This document shows, piece by piece, positions 52,910 to 62,086 of a stretch of DNA of 64,000 nucleotides. Source of the DNA: Bacteroidales bacterium (GTDB lineage Bacteria > Bacteroidota > Bacteroidia > Bacteroidales > UBA10428); the NCBI GenBank assembly GCA_016934055.1, contig JAFGTR010000008.1, positions 69,435-133,434 of the forward strand. The letters run 5' to 3'. The translations under genes were made by a program, and so were the position numbers. Under the pieces are notes generated by a model. The model did not search any database. It was not told the origin of the DNA and saw nothing but the letters and a program-made list of their open reading frames with translations. Within the stretch, counting starts at the first letter, position 1. Each line of letters begins with the position of its first letter.

Positions 52910-53792
52910 AATAGTAATACTGAGCGGAAAGGGGGGGACGGGGAAAACAAGTATAACCGCATCCTTTGCTGCCCTTGCAGAGAATGCAGTATTTGCTGAT
53001 TGTGATGTAGATGCTGCCGACCTGCATCTTTTGTTATCACCTGTGATAGTCCATCAGGAAAAATTTGCCAGTGGTGCAAAAGCAGAAATTGACAATGAAA
53101 AATGCACTGCATGCGGATTATGTCTGGAATTATGCCGCTTTAACGCCATTGAAGCAGAAGATGAAATATACACAATTGACGAATATGCCTGTGAGGGATG
53201 TGGTTTATGTGTTGAAGCATGTCCTTACGCAGCCATCACCATCGAAAAATATGAGAATAACAACATCTATTTTTCAAATTGTCGTTTTGGCCCTATGATC
53301 TATGGGAAATTAGGCATAGCTGAAGAAAATTCAGGGAAACTGGTTTCTCAGATAAGACAATACACAAAAGAAACCGCATTAAAGAACAAATCAGGGCTTA
53401 TCATTACTGACGGGCCTCCGGGTATTGGCTGTCCTGCTATTTCTTCCGTCACAGGTGCAGATATTGTGATTGCCATAACAGAACCCACATTATCGGGATG
53501 GCATGACCTGCAGCGTCTTATGGAAATGATCGGACGTTTTCATACGCCCGTTCAGGTCATCATCAACAAATATGATCTGAATGAGGACATGACAAACACA
53601 ATTGAAAACAGGCTAAAAAGCCAAAATATTCCAGTAATCGGCAAAATACCATATGACGATGCGATGGTTTATGCCTTACTGGAGAGTAAAACTATAATTG
53701 AAACTGAACCGCAGAGTGAGATTACCCATGAATTGAATAATATATGGAAAATATTAACATCAATTATTTATGAATCCAAAAAAAGTATTTGA
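52893..53792 (+). CDS. MinD/ParA-type P-loop ATPase with inserted 2x[4Fe-4S] ferredoxin domain, copy 2
   Basis: It has IVILSGKGGTGKTSITA, CTACGLCLELC and CEGCGLCVEAC. It overlaps copy 1 by 17 nt. Confidence 0.85.
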   Translation: MEKPFEIVILSGKGGTGKTSITASFAALAENAVFADCDVDAADLHLLLSPVIVHQEKFASGAKAEIDNEKCTACGLCLELCRFNAIEAEDEIYTIDEYACEGCGLCVEACPYAAITIEKYENNNIYFSNCRFGPMIYGKLGIAEENSGKLVSQIRQYTKETALKNKSGLIITDGPPGIGCPAISSVTGADIVIAITEPTLSGWHDLQRLMEMIGRFHTPVQVIINKYDLNEDMTNTIENRLKSQNIPVIGKIPYDDAMVYALLESKTIIETEPQSEITHELNNIWKILTSIIYESKKSI

Positions 53793-54585
53793 AAAAATTG
53801 AACTCCCCAACGTAAAGAATATTATCGTTATAGCTTCGGGGAAAGGCGGGGTAGGAAAATCAACTGTCTCAGCCAATCTGGCAGTTTCACTTGCGCGACA
53901 AGGTTTTAAGACTGCCCTCGTGGATGCGGATCTGTACGGGCCTTCAATTCCAATGATGTTTGGTGTACAAAACGAGAGACCTGTCGGTGGTATGAAAGAT
54001 GGAAAAGAAGTGATCATCCCCATTGAAAAATATGGTGTTAAAATGGTATCTATCGGTTTTTTTATATCTGCAGGTCAATCACTCATTTGGCGGGGCCCCA
54101 TGGCATCAAACGGATTAACACAATTGTTCAGGGATACTGACTGGGGAGAGACAGATTATATGATTGTAGACTTTCCTCCGGGTACCGGTGATATACAGAT
54201 CACCACTGTTCAGAAGTTGAATCTTTCAGGAGCTGTTATTGTTACAACGCCACAGGAAGTTGCAATCTCAGATGCACGTAAAGCAGCGTCCATGTTCATA
54301 AATCCCGATCTTAACGTGCCTTTGCTGGGCATTGTTGAAAATATGTCATGGTTTACACCTGCCAATCATCCGGATGAGAAATATTTTATTTTTGGGCAAG
54401 GTGGTGGAGAAAAACTAACACAAGAGTTCAATACAAAACTCCTTGGTCAGATACCTCTGATCATGGAAATTGGCGAAGGTTCAGATAAAGGAATGACAGT
54501 CTACAACCAATCCAATAAATCAATGATAGACGCTTTTGATACTTTGTCACAATCAATCTGTGAAATATTAAGTGTAAAGGCATGA
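53770..54585 (+). CDS. Mrp/NBP35/ApbC-family ATPase (lacks the CxxC bridging-cluster motif)
   Basis: It has IVIASGKGGVGKSTVSANLAVSLARQG, DADLYGPS and IVDFPPGTGD. Where ApbC has ENMS.F.CP.CG, this protein has ENMSWFTPANHPDEKYFIFG with no Cys. It overlaps the previous gene by 23 nt. Confidence 0.85.
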   Translation: MNPKKVFEKIELPNVKNIIVIASGKGGVGKSTVSANLAVSLARQGFKTALVDADLYGPSIPMMFGVQNERPVGGMKDGKEVIIPIEKYGVKMVSIGFFISAGQSLIWRGPMASNGLTQLFRDTDWGETDYMIVDFPPGTGDIQITTVQKLNLSGAVIVTTPQEVAISDARKAASMFINPDLNVPLLGIVENMSWFTPANHPDEKYFIFGQGGGEKLTQEFNTKLLGQIPLIMEIGEGSDKGMTVYNQSNKSMIDAFDTLSQSICEILSVKA

Positions 54586-55520
54586 TCGCATTCGGTCCCA
54601 TACCCTCACGCAGGCTTGGCTTAAGTCTGGGTATCAACAATATTGTTTCACATAAGGTATGCTCATATAATTGTGTTTATTGCCAGATTGGCGATACGGG
54701 GAAAAGACTTTTAAAAAGAGATGTGTTTTATGAACCCGGAAAGATGTTGGAAGCCATTGAATCTCATTTAAACAAGCTCGATAAAGAACATATTCCTGAT
54801 TATCTGACATTTGTAGCTAATGGCGAACCTACTCTCGATATTAATTTGGGAAAAGAAATACAGTTGTTAAAGAAGTTCAACATTCCGGTAGCTGTAATTT
54901 CAAATGCTTCGCATATGGATGATCCAGAAGTACGGAAAGATCTGATGAAAGCCGACTGGGTTTCGGTTAAAGTTGATACCGTGTCAGAAGACATTTGGAA
55001 AAAAATTAACAGGCCATTGGACGGGATAGGATTAAACAACATCCTTCATGGGATAATTGTCTTTGCTGCGGAATACAACGGAAAGCTTCATACTGAAACC
55101 ATGCTGATAAAAGGGCTTAATGATGCTCCCGAGGTTATGAAGGATACAGCATCTTTTATCGGTTTATTAAAACCAAAAAAAGCATATCTTTCGATACCGA
55201 CGAGACCACCTGCCGTAAAAGAAGTTAAACCTATACCTGAAGAGCGGATTGCTGAAGCCTGGCAAATATATCAACAGGAAGGCATCAAAACAGAATTATT
55301 AACGGGCTTTGAAGGAACCAATACAGGTTTCACAGGCAATGTCTTTGAAGATATCCTGAATATTGCAGCAGTGCATCCTTTGCGTGAAGACACAATGGCT
55401 GAGTTACTGAAACAGGACAAAGCCGATGAAAGTGTTGTAAAATCACTTATTAAGCAGGGGTTGATAAAGAAATCAACCTATAATGGCAAAACATATTATA
55501 TAAGAAAATATCATTTTTAA
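54582..55520 (+). CDS. Radical SAM protein
   Basis: GPIPSRRLGLSLGINNIVSHKVCSYNCVYCQ contains the CX3CX2C motif, and the GEPTL motif follows. The start overlaps the mrp stop (ATGA). Confidence 0.85.
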   Translation: MIAFGPIPSRRLGLSLGINNIVSHKVCSYNCVYCQIGDTGKRLLKRDVFYEPGKMLEAIESHLNKLDKEHIPDYLTFVANGEPTLDINLGKEIQLLKKFNIPVAVISNASHMDDPEVRKDLMKADWVSVKVDTVSEDIWKKINRPLDGIGLNNILHGIIVFAAEYNGKLHTETMLIKGLNDAPEVMKDTASFIGLLKPKKAYLSIPTRPPAVKEVKPIPEERIAEAWQIYQQEGIKTELLTGFEGTNTGFTGNVFEDILNIAAVHPLREDTMAELLKQDKADESVVKSLIKQGLIKKSTYNGKTYYIRKYHF

Positions 55521-55525
55521 CAACA

Positions 55526-56041
55526 ATGATCCTGCCCATTATAAAATACGGTTCACCTTTGCTTCGCAAAAAAGCATTTGATATTGATAAAGGTGATTCT
55601 TTCAGTCTTATGGCTGAAAATATGGCGTCAACACTCAAAAAATATGAAGGAATCGGTCTTGCCGGACCACAAGTAGGGGCAATAAAAAATGTATTCATTA
55701 TTGATACAACCCCTATGAAAGAAAGGGGAACAGCAATAGTGGAAAAAGTCTATTATAACCCGGTAATACTCAACTGGAGTGAAAACAGTATTTATTATAA
55801 CGAAGGATGCCTTAGTATTCCCGGCATAAATGAAGATGTACTGCGCCCTGATAAAATAGAAGTGCGATACAGGGATGAAAACTTCGACTGGCGTGAAGAA
55901 GTACTGGATGGCCTGATTGCCCGTATTTTCCAACATGAATATGACCATCTGCAAGGAATATTGTTTATTGATAAGATAGCCCCTATCAGAAAAAAACTAT
56001 TGACAGGCAAACTGAAAGTACTGGCAAAAGAAAATAAATAA
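55526..56041 (+). CDS. def: Peptide deformylase
   Basis: It has the three PDF motifs: GIGLAGPQVG, EGCLSIPG and QHEYDHLQG. Confidence 0.92.
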   Translation: MILPIIKYGSPLLRKKAFDIDKGDSFSLMAENMASTLKKYEGIGLAGPQVGAIKNVFIIDTTPMKERGTAIVEKVYYNPVILNWSENSIYYNEGCLSIPGINEDVLRPDKIEVRYRDENFDWREEVLDGLIARIFQHEYDHLQGILFIDKIAPIRKKLLTGKLKVLAKENK

Positions 56042-56240
56042 TCAAAATGTAGCAAATTGCCCCGGATGAATGGGACCAGCCTTGAATGTAAAAGACCTGA
56101 AACCGGCGGAGGTCGCGTTGAATCCAGAAGAACACTTCAGAGAGAAAAGCAGTTATTGAGAAAAACCGTCAAATCCGGCTGTAATGAAAATCTACTGATC
56201 AATCCTTAACAGACAGAAAGGTTCTGAAACAGAAATGATG

Positions 56241-57308
56241 CTATTTCTTTTTACATATGAACAAAGTATGGCTCACGCCGACGTCGGGGATTTCTTCATC
56301 CAGCACCAGGTCTGATTTCGCGATCAGATTCCTCATATCATCAGTATGGTACATCTGACTGCAACCATTGGCAATGTTTGTAAAATAGAGCGAAATGGCA
56401 TGAAGGCTGTATGTTGAAGCTTTATATTTTTGCTGATCCCAGTATGTTTCAAGAATATACAGGGCTGAATTTTCATGCATAGCCTCTGCCGAACAATTCA
56501 GCAGAGCCAGGATATCATCCTGTGAAAAGCAATCAAGAAATTGACTCATCCATATGATATCAGCACCCCTGGGAAAAGGATTTGAATGATCGAGAAGATC
56601 AATGGAATACAAGTCAATCCTTTCGCTGAAGCCTGCCTCTTTTATATTCTTCTCAGCCATAACCAGTTGTCCCGGCAGGTCAAGGATTGTAATCTTTACC
56701 CCGGGATCATATTCAGCGCACTGTATCGCAAACTTACCCGTATTACCACCGACATCCATAATATGTTTCGGATGGTTTCTGAAAACAACAGGCAGTATTT
56801 CGGGGAAAGCATAATCGGAATAAAAATGATCAAATGCAAACCAGCTTTTCTTCACATGCGCAGGAAGCTGTGACAATCCCTCATAAATAGTCGCCCAATC
56901 TCCAAAAACCTTTAATCCGGTAGGCTTGCCCGTTTTAACAGATTCAGCCAGCGAAAACATGCCCAGATAATTGACATCCTGGGTAAAGTTCATGTTTACT
57001 TTTGTAAGCTCATCGCATAAAATAAACCAGCCCGTTTTGGTCAGGTAGAATTTATTGTCTTCAGCCATCACCACTTCAAGGCTAAGCCCGGCTTCAAGCA
57101 ATACTTTTACCCCGTAAACCGGAAGCTTTAATTTTTCTGCCACCTCTTCAATGGTGATACCGGCTTTTGAATCTTTAACCAGATCAAGTATTCCCAGATT
57201 TCTCAAGGCCATAGCTGCCTGAAACATAACAGGGGCAAAAGCTATCTTTTGAGCATCATACTTTGCATCTAAAGCATGCTTTTTGTCTGAACCGAAGTTT
57301 AAAGCCAT
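56241..57308 (-). CDS. O-methyltransferase family (class I SAM MTase with N-terminal wHTH/dimerisation domain)
   Basis: It is 355 aa with an N-terminal winged-helix-like dimerisation region, SAM motif (IMDVGGNTGKFAIQ) and DLPG. Confidence 0.75.
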   Translation of the reverse strand: MALNFGSDKKHALDAKYDAQKIAFAPVMFQAAMALRNLGILDLVKDSKAGITIEEVAEKLKLPVYGVKVLLEAGLSLEVVMAEDNKFYLTKTGWFILCDELTKVNMNFTQDVNYLGMFSLAESVKTGKPTGLKVFGDWATIYEGLSQLPAHVKKSWFAFDHFYSDYAFPEILPVVFRNHPKHIMDVGGNTGKFAIQCAEYDPGVKITILDLPGQLVMAEKNIKEAGFSERIDLYSIDLLDHSNPFPRGADIIWMSQFLDCFSQDDILALLNCSAEAMHENSALYILETYWDQQKYKASTYSLHAISLYFTNIANGCSQMYHTDDMRNLIAKSDLVLDEEIPDVGVSHTLFICKKK

Positions 57309-57499
57309 TTACTGGAATATGAAATTAATGAATTCATGAGAGTTGTGAAAGGTGGGTTGAGGATACAAATCTATATATTTTTTCACAGCTTTGCGACAAA
57401 TCACGGTTATGAATCCCCAGGATGACCCTGATGATACCCAAAGCATTATACTATTGGCTGTCAAGATGTTACACAACCGGGCAGAATAATATCAGGGGA

Positions 57500-59917
57500 T
57501 TATTCAAGTTTCTGCCTCATGGCAGTATTCCTCACCATCAGATTGTTCAGCACTTCACCGGCAATACCAGGACATTTTTCAAATGAAATGATATCCTTAT
57601 AGCTCACTTTTAAAGACGACAAATTATCAATGATCGATTTATCAGGAATATCTCCCACAAACCTGCTGAATTCAACCACCGGGACAACATCGGTATTTTC
57701 AGGGACTCCATCAACATAATGCCGCAGTGTTATATTATCAGCCAGAAGTCCTGCAAGAATCATATCAACACCGGTAATACCGCTCATTGTTAATTCACCC
57801 TCCCTGTTTATTGTATTAAAGTTTATGTCAGCCCTGCAGTAATCAAGTTGTTGAACCTCTGATGATGCTAACAACAACGTCTGTCCCGCAGCAATATGCC
57901 AAAGCGTAGCATATGGAAAAACAACAGTACAGGATTTTATCAATGATTTGAATTCATTTTCAGAAATCCAGCCTGTTGGCAGCCATTGGCAAAGATATCC
58001 GCCGGCATTGAGTTTTTCATTGCACAGCCTGTAGTATTCTTTGGTATATAAGGCATTACCCATACGAGGATGAGCCCCGTTGCAGATAATGATATCATAG
58101 AACTCTTCAGCTCTGAACAAAAAACTCCGGCCATCCTCTATGGCGATGCTTATATTTTCGTGAACGAGAATGTTGTCGTTAACATATGCGTAGGCATCAG
58201 CAGCAACATTAATAACTTCAGGTGATATCTCAACAATATCAATTTCCGGAATAGCGGCATCAGCCATTGATTTGGCCGTTATTCCTATGCCAAGACCAAC
58301 AATACAGACTTTTTCAGCATCAGGATTGAATAAAAACGGCAAACAACTGAGGAGTTTATCACCTTTCAGCTGACCGGGATCAGAACTGACAGCCCTGTCC
58401 CCGTTAATATAAAGCATGATATCGTTCTGTATGGTTTTATGCACTTCAACAGTAGCTGTACTTCCTTCATGCCGCGTTTCAAGGCTTACATCATCAGAGA
58501 GGTCTCTTCTGGCAGAATCAATTTTCTTTTCATTGAAAATAAAAACCATGGCAACAAATAAAAACAAGGTCGCCATTGTTAATCCGGTCCTTAATGTGTT
58601 TTTAATCCTTCTGTAGCGCAAAAGAATGAAAAGCCCAAGACCGGCATTCAACATTGCCGCACCAACCAGTACCTTGTATGTTCCCAACAGGGGAATAAAA
58701 ATAAAGGTCACAACAAAAGATGCTGTTATAGCTCCAACAACATCAAGAGCACCCAGGATTCCAATTTTTTGTCCCAGCGTTTTCAAATCCTCAGCGTACA
58801 TCCGGGTTACAAGGGGCAATACAAAGCCTGTAAGGGCAACAGGTAAAACAAACACCGACAATAACAATCCTGTTTCTCCTGCCATCAGCATCATCCAGGT
58901 ATCATGAACATCGGAAGGCTGCGAAAAAAGATGAGAGATCTCACTGAACAAAGCAATTGACAACAACGATGCCAGGCCAATCACTATCTCCGTAATGCCT
59001 AAAACCAGAAATTTCTTCATAATTTTATCAGCAAACCTGCTGACAACAAAACTACCTGTTGCGATGCATACAAAAAAAACAACCGACAGTACCGTATAAA
59101 AATATACAGTTTTGTCAGCCGATAATTCCAACAACATTCTGGTCCAACCTATCTTATAAGTGACTGTGGCAAAACAGCCAGTCGTAAAGATCCACAGCAG
59201 TCGTTTTTTCCATTTACCGGCGGCAATGGTCACAAACTCATCCGAACTGTGAGATTTCCGGTAACATTTTTTAAGAGATATCTTTGCTTTATAGCCTTCC
59301 CAGTAAAAAAGCAGAAGAGACATTAAAGCCATCAGCACTGATAATATGGCTGCTGTTTTCAATGAATGCCGGATTCCTATTGTACGGATCATTACAAAGC
59401 CTGTGAGAAAAGCTCCAATCACTAAACCGCAAACATATAAACCATATAGCTTTGCAAATAGCTTCCCGAGGTTAGTCATTTTATCCACAACCAGTTTACT
59501 GAGGACAGGCAAGACACCGCCCATGAGTGAAACCGGTATCAGAAAATATAAAAATGAAACAGCCACCCTGATGAACATAACAGAATAAGGGCCAAGATCA
59601 AACTTACCATTAAGGCAGAGGTAAAAACTAACGACCTTGCTGAATAAAAAAGGATGCAGGAAGATAAATACGCCAATCATCATTTGCATAAGTGCAAAAA
59701 GAAAAAGTTGATTGATCTTTTTATCAGCCAGCTTTCCGAAAAAATAACTGCCCGTGGCCAGACATCCTGAGAAGGTCGCCAGCAAAGCCGTAGCGGAAAT
59801 CATATGAATTCCGAAGATGGTTGTATATTCACGGATCCATATAAGCTGACAAAACATGGTCAGCGCACCGGCCAGCAATACAAATCCATAATAATGAAAT
59901 GCCGATCTTCTGCTCAA
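57500..59917 (-). CDS. Fused polytopic membrane domain + spermidine-synthase-like (aminopropyl/methyltransferase fold) protein
   Basis: The N-terminal region of about 470 aa has about 12-13 TM helices. The C-terminal region has VCIVGLGIGITAKS...EIDIVEISPEV...YDIIICNGAHP, the spermidine synthase-type motifs. Confidence 0.75.
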   Translation of the reverse strand: MSRRSAFHYYGFVLLAGALTMFCQLIWIREYTTIFGIHMISATALLATFSGCLATGSYFFGKLADKKINQLFLFALMQMMIGVFIFLHPFLFSKVVSFYLCLNGKFDLGPYSVMFIRVAVSFLYFLIPVSLMGGVLPVLSKLVVDKMTNLGKLFAKLYGLYVCGLVIGAFLTGFVMIRTIGIRHSLKTAAILSVLMALMSLLLFYWEGYKAKISLKKCYRKSHSSDEFVTIAAGKWKKRLLWIFTTGCFATVTYKIGWTRMLLELSADKTVYFYTVLSVVFFVCIATGSFVVSRFADKIMKKFLVLGITEIVIGLASLLSIALFSEISHLFSQPSDVHDTWMMLMAGETGLLLSVFVLPVALTGFVLPLVTRMYAEDLKTLGQKIGILGALDVVGAITASFVVTFIFIPLLGTYKVLVGAAMLNAGLGLFILLRYRRIKNTLRTGLTMATLFLFVAMVFIFNEKKIDSARRDLSDDVSLETRHEGSTATVEVHKTIQNDIMLYINGDRAVSSDPGQLKGDKLLSCLPFLFNPDAEKVCIVGLGIGITAKSMADAAIPEIDIVEISPEVINVAADAYAYVNDNILVHENISIAIEDGRSFLFRAEEFYDIIICNGAHPRMGNALYTKEYYRLCNEKLNAGGYLCQWLPTGWISENEFKSLIKSCTVVFPYATLWHIAAGQTLLLASSEVQQLDYCRADINFNTINREGELTMSGITGVDMILAGLLADNITLRHYVDGVPENTDVVPVVEFSRFVGDIPDKSIIDNLSSLKVSYKDIISFEKCPGIAGEVLNNLMVRNTAMRQKLE

Positions 59918-60193
59918 GGAAACCTCCGGATATGTATGAAAGCGCCAAAGCTAATAAAAAAAACATTCTTTAACTGTATGCTGTTGAATGTTTTATTGGT
60001 TCACAGTAAAAGTCCACGGCCAACATTCTTTAGTCCACAGTAATGCAGTTAACAGTCATGAAAGACAAAATTTTACTATAAAGGCACCTAAGCGCAAAAA
60101 ACTGCAATACATTGATTAATTGCACTATCCCACATTTTTTGGTGTTTTTGTGTTTTATTGGCTATAAAAGCACCGGCGTATGCGCCGGATCGG

Positions 60194-62032
60194 TTAGTTT
60201 TTTTCTTTCAGCAGTATAAGATCCGGCACAAATTTCGATAACAACTTGATATAACTTGCCTGGTAATATATGGCCGGTTCTGTAATGCTCCATGAGTTTT
60301 CCGGAGGTCCGTTGTTGAAGTCAAGATACATTTTCTGATCAGGTTGCCCATTCCCCTTTAACAACGGATGTGTTCCGTCATAATCACGATTTGGCCCGCC
60401 TGTGACATAGCCCGGTGGCGGATTTTCAGCCCATGGTGTAAACACACTGTACCAGTCGCCCCACATACGCATAACACAATGATCGGCTCCCAATGATTTT
60501 ACATTTGATATATACACCAGGTTCAAAGGGTTGACACCATGAAAATAATGCAGTTGGGATATGGCATGTTGAAGGTATTCAGAATGCCTCACTGTGTCAA
60601 GCGAAAAACTTATCATATCATAATTCACATTACCGATATTCGCCCTGGCTTCGTTACTGCCCCAATGATAATGCTTTGCCGGCATATAAGCCCGGTAAAG
60701 GTCGTCTTCAATGGAATAATTAAAGAAAGGCAGTTCCTTTGCATCTTTTAAGCGGCTTGAGAAAATGATTTTCTTCACAGAGTCGGACGCATCAGGCAAT
60801 AAAGTATAATACAGAAGAGCATCACCCTGCGCAGGATCATAGACGGCTGACTCAGGGATCACAAACTCGCGGGCCAGACGGATATTATCCCTGACATAGT
60901 TGTGATAAATATTATCATCTGTCAGATCAAAAAGGTAAACAGCTGCAGTAACGGCAAGTTGTTCCTGCTCCAAAACAGACATGTCAGCATCGCCTGATTT
61001 TATCTCCTGGTTATCGCATGATTCACTTTTCGGATTGTTGTGATACCATTTCCAGGCCTTAACAGCGCGGTCACGCAATTCCAGAACTTCCCCTTTCAGG
61101 GCAGGAACAGAAGAATATACCAGGGCAGCATGGGCAAACATACCGGCTGCTGCAACAGTGGATGATGAGCACTTGGGCCCGTAATACCGCGGACGCTTAT
61201 CAGCACTGGGAGGGGCCGGTACATTATAATCAATATACCCTGTTTTTATATATACACCGCCATCATTATCCTGCATGCGCTTTATCCAGTCGATTTCCCA
61301 TTTCAATTCATCTATGAGGTCCGGGATGCCATTCCCTGACTCGGGTATTGACAGGTCATCAGTAAAAACATCCGGATGCTGTTCATAGGCTGTGAACAGA
61401 ACATGAACGGGATTAGAGGCAAAGGTTACATATTTATTGTAATCGCCGGCATCATACCAGCCTCCTCTCATATCTTTTGCCGTATGAGAATTCTCTTTAT
61501 CCCCAACATAACGGGCTTCCGCATCCTGACCCGGTCCGAGATGTGATGCACTGTCAGTCCATGCCATACCTGACCAGGGGATCTTTTTCGGATAGTTACA
61601 GCGGTTGTAATAAAACATCTTAACGGCCGCTCTCAGAAGGCCGGAATAGACATTTTCGCAAATCATAAAAGGAAATGAGCTGACCTGATTCTGTACATCA
61701 TAAATATAATACTGTCCGGGTGCAGTGACTTCAGAGAAATCAAACCACCATCCCCTGTCTCCTGAAGATTCCTGTACAGTTCCGTTTTTCCAGCTTACCG
61801 GACTGCCCGTAAAAACGGTAATATTATCCTCCAGCCTTCTTATCTGCAGGCTTTCTCCAGGAAAATAATCATCACCGGCATTAAAACCCATGACAGGATC
61901 AGCAATTACGGCCACTTTCTCATCAGCCGGTCTGTAGCCAAACTGATCGATCATGATCAGGGGTGCCTGTGCAAATACAGGCATGAATAATCCTGTCAAT
62001 GGTACAAATAAAAAGCGTTTAAGTTTGTGCAT
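60194..62032 (-). CDS. Glycoside hydrolase family 9 (endoglucanase-like) with N-terminal Ig-like domain
   Basis: It has a signal peptide and a CelD_N-like N-terminus (IDQFGYRPADEKVAVI). GH9 motifs follow: GGWYDAGDYNKY, and the later HYHWGSN and ITEPAIYYQA regions. Confidence 0.8.
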   Translation of the reverse strand: MHKLKRFLFVPLTGLFMPVFAQAPLIMIDQFGYRPADEKVAVIADPVMGFNAGDDYFPGESLQIRRLEDNITVFTGSPVSWKNGTVQESSGDRGWWFDFSEVTAPGQYYIYDVQNQVSSFPFMICENVYSGLLRAAVKMFYYNRCNYPKKIPWSGMAWTDSASHLGPGQDAEARYVGDKENSHTAKDMRGGWYDAGDYNKYVTFASNPVHVLFTAYEQHPDVFTDDLSIPESGNGIPDLIDELKWEIDWIKRMQDNDGGVYIKTGYIDYNVPAPPSADKRPRYYGPKCSSSTVAAAGMFAHAALVYSSVPALKGEVLELRDRAVKAWKWYHNNPKSESCDNQEIKSGDADMSVLEQEQLAVTAAVYLFDLTDDNIYHNYVRDNIRLAREFVIPESAVYDPAQGDALLYYTLLPDASDSVKKIIFSSRLKDAKELPFFNYSIEDDLYRAYMPAKHYHWGSNEARANIGNVNYDMISFSLDTVRHSEYLQHAISQLHYFHGVNPLNLVYISNVKSLGADHCVMRMWGDWYSVFTPWAENPPPGYVTGGPNRDYDGTHPLLKGNGQPDQKMYLDFNNGPPENSWSITEPAIYYQASYIKLLSKFVPDLILLKEKN

Positions 62033-62086
62033 AAATTAAGCTGAAATACATTAAGTATGTGGTGATATCAAAGGGCTGTGCAAATT

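Noticed and set aside
56100-56135. The string cggcggaggtcgcgttgaatccagaag looks like a tRNA T-arm.
   Set aside because: It resembles a GGTTCGAATCC T-loop only loosely. I could not build an acceptor stem, anticodon arm or D-arm around it. At most it is a tRNA-derived remnant.
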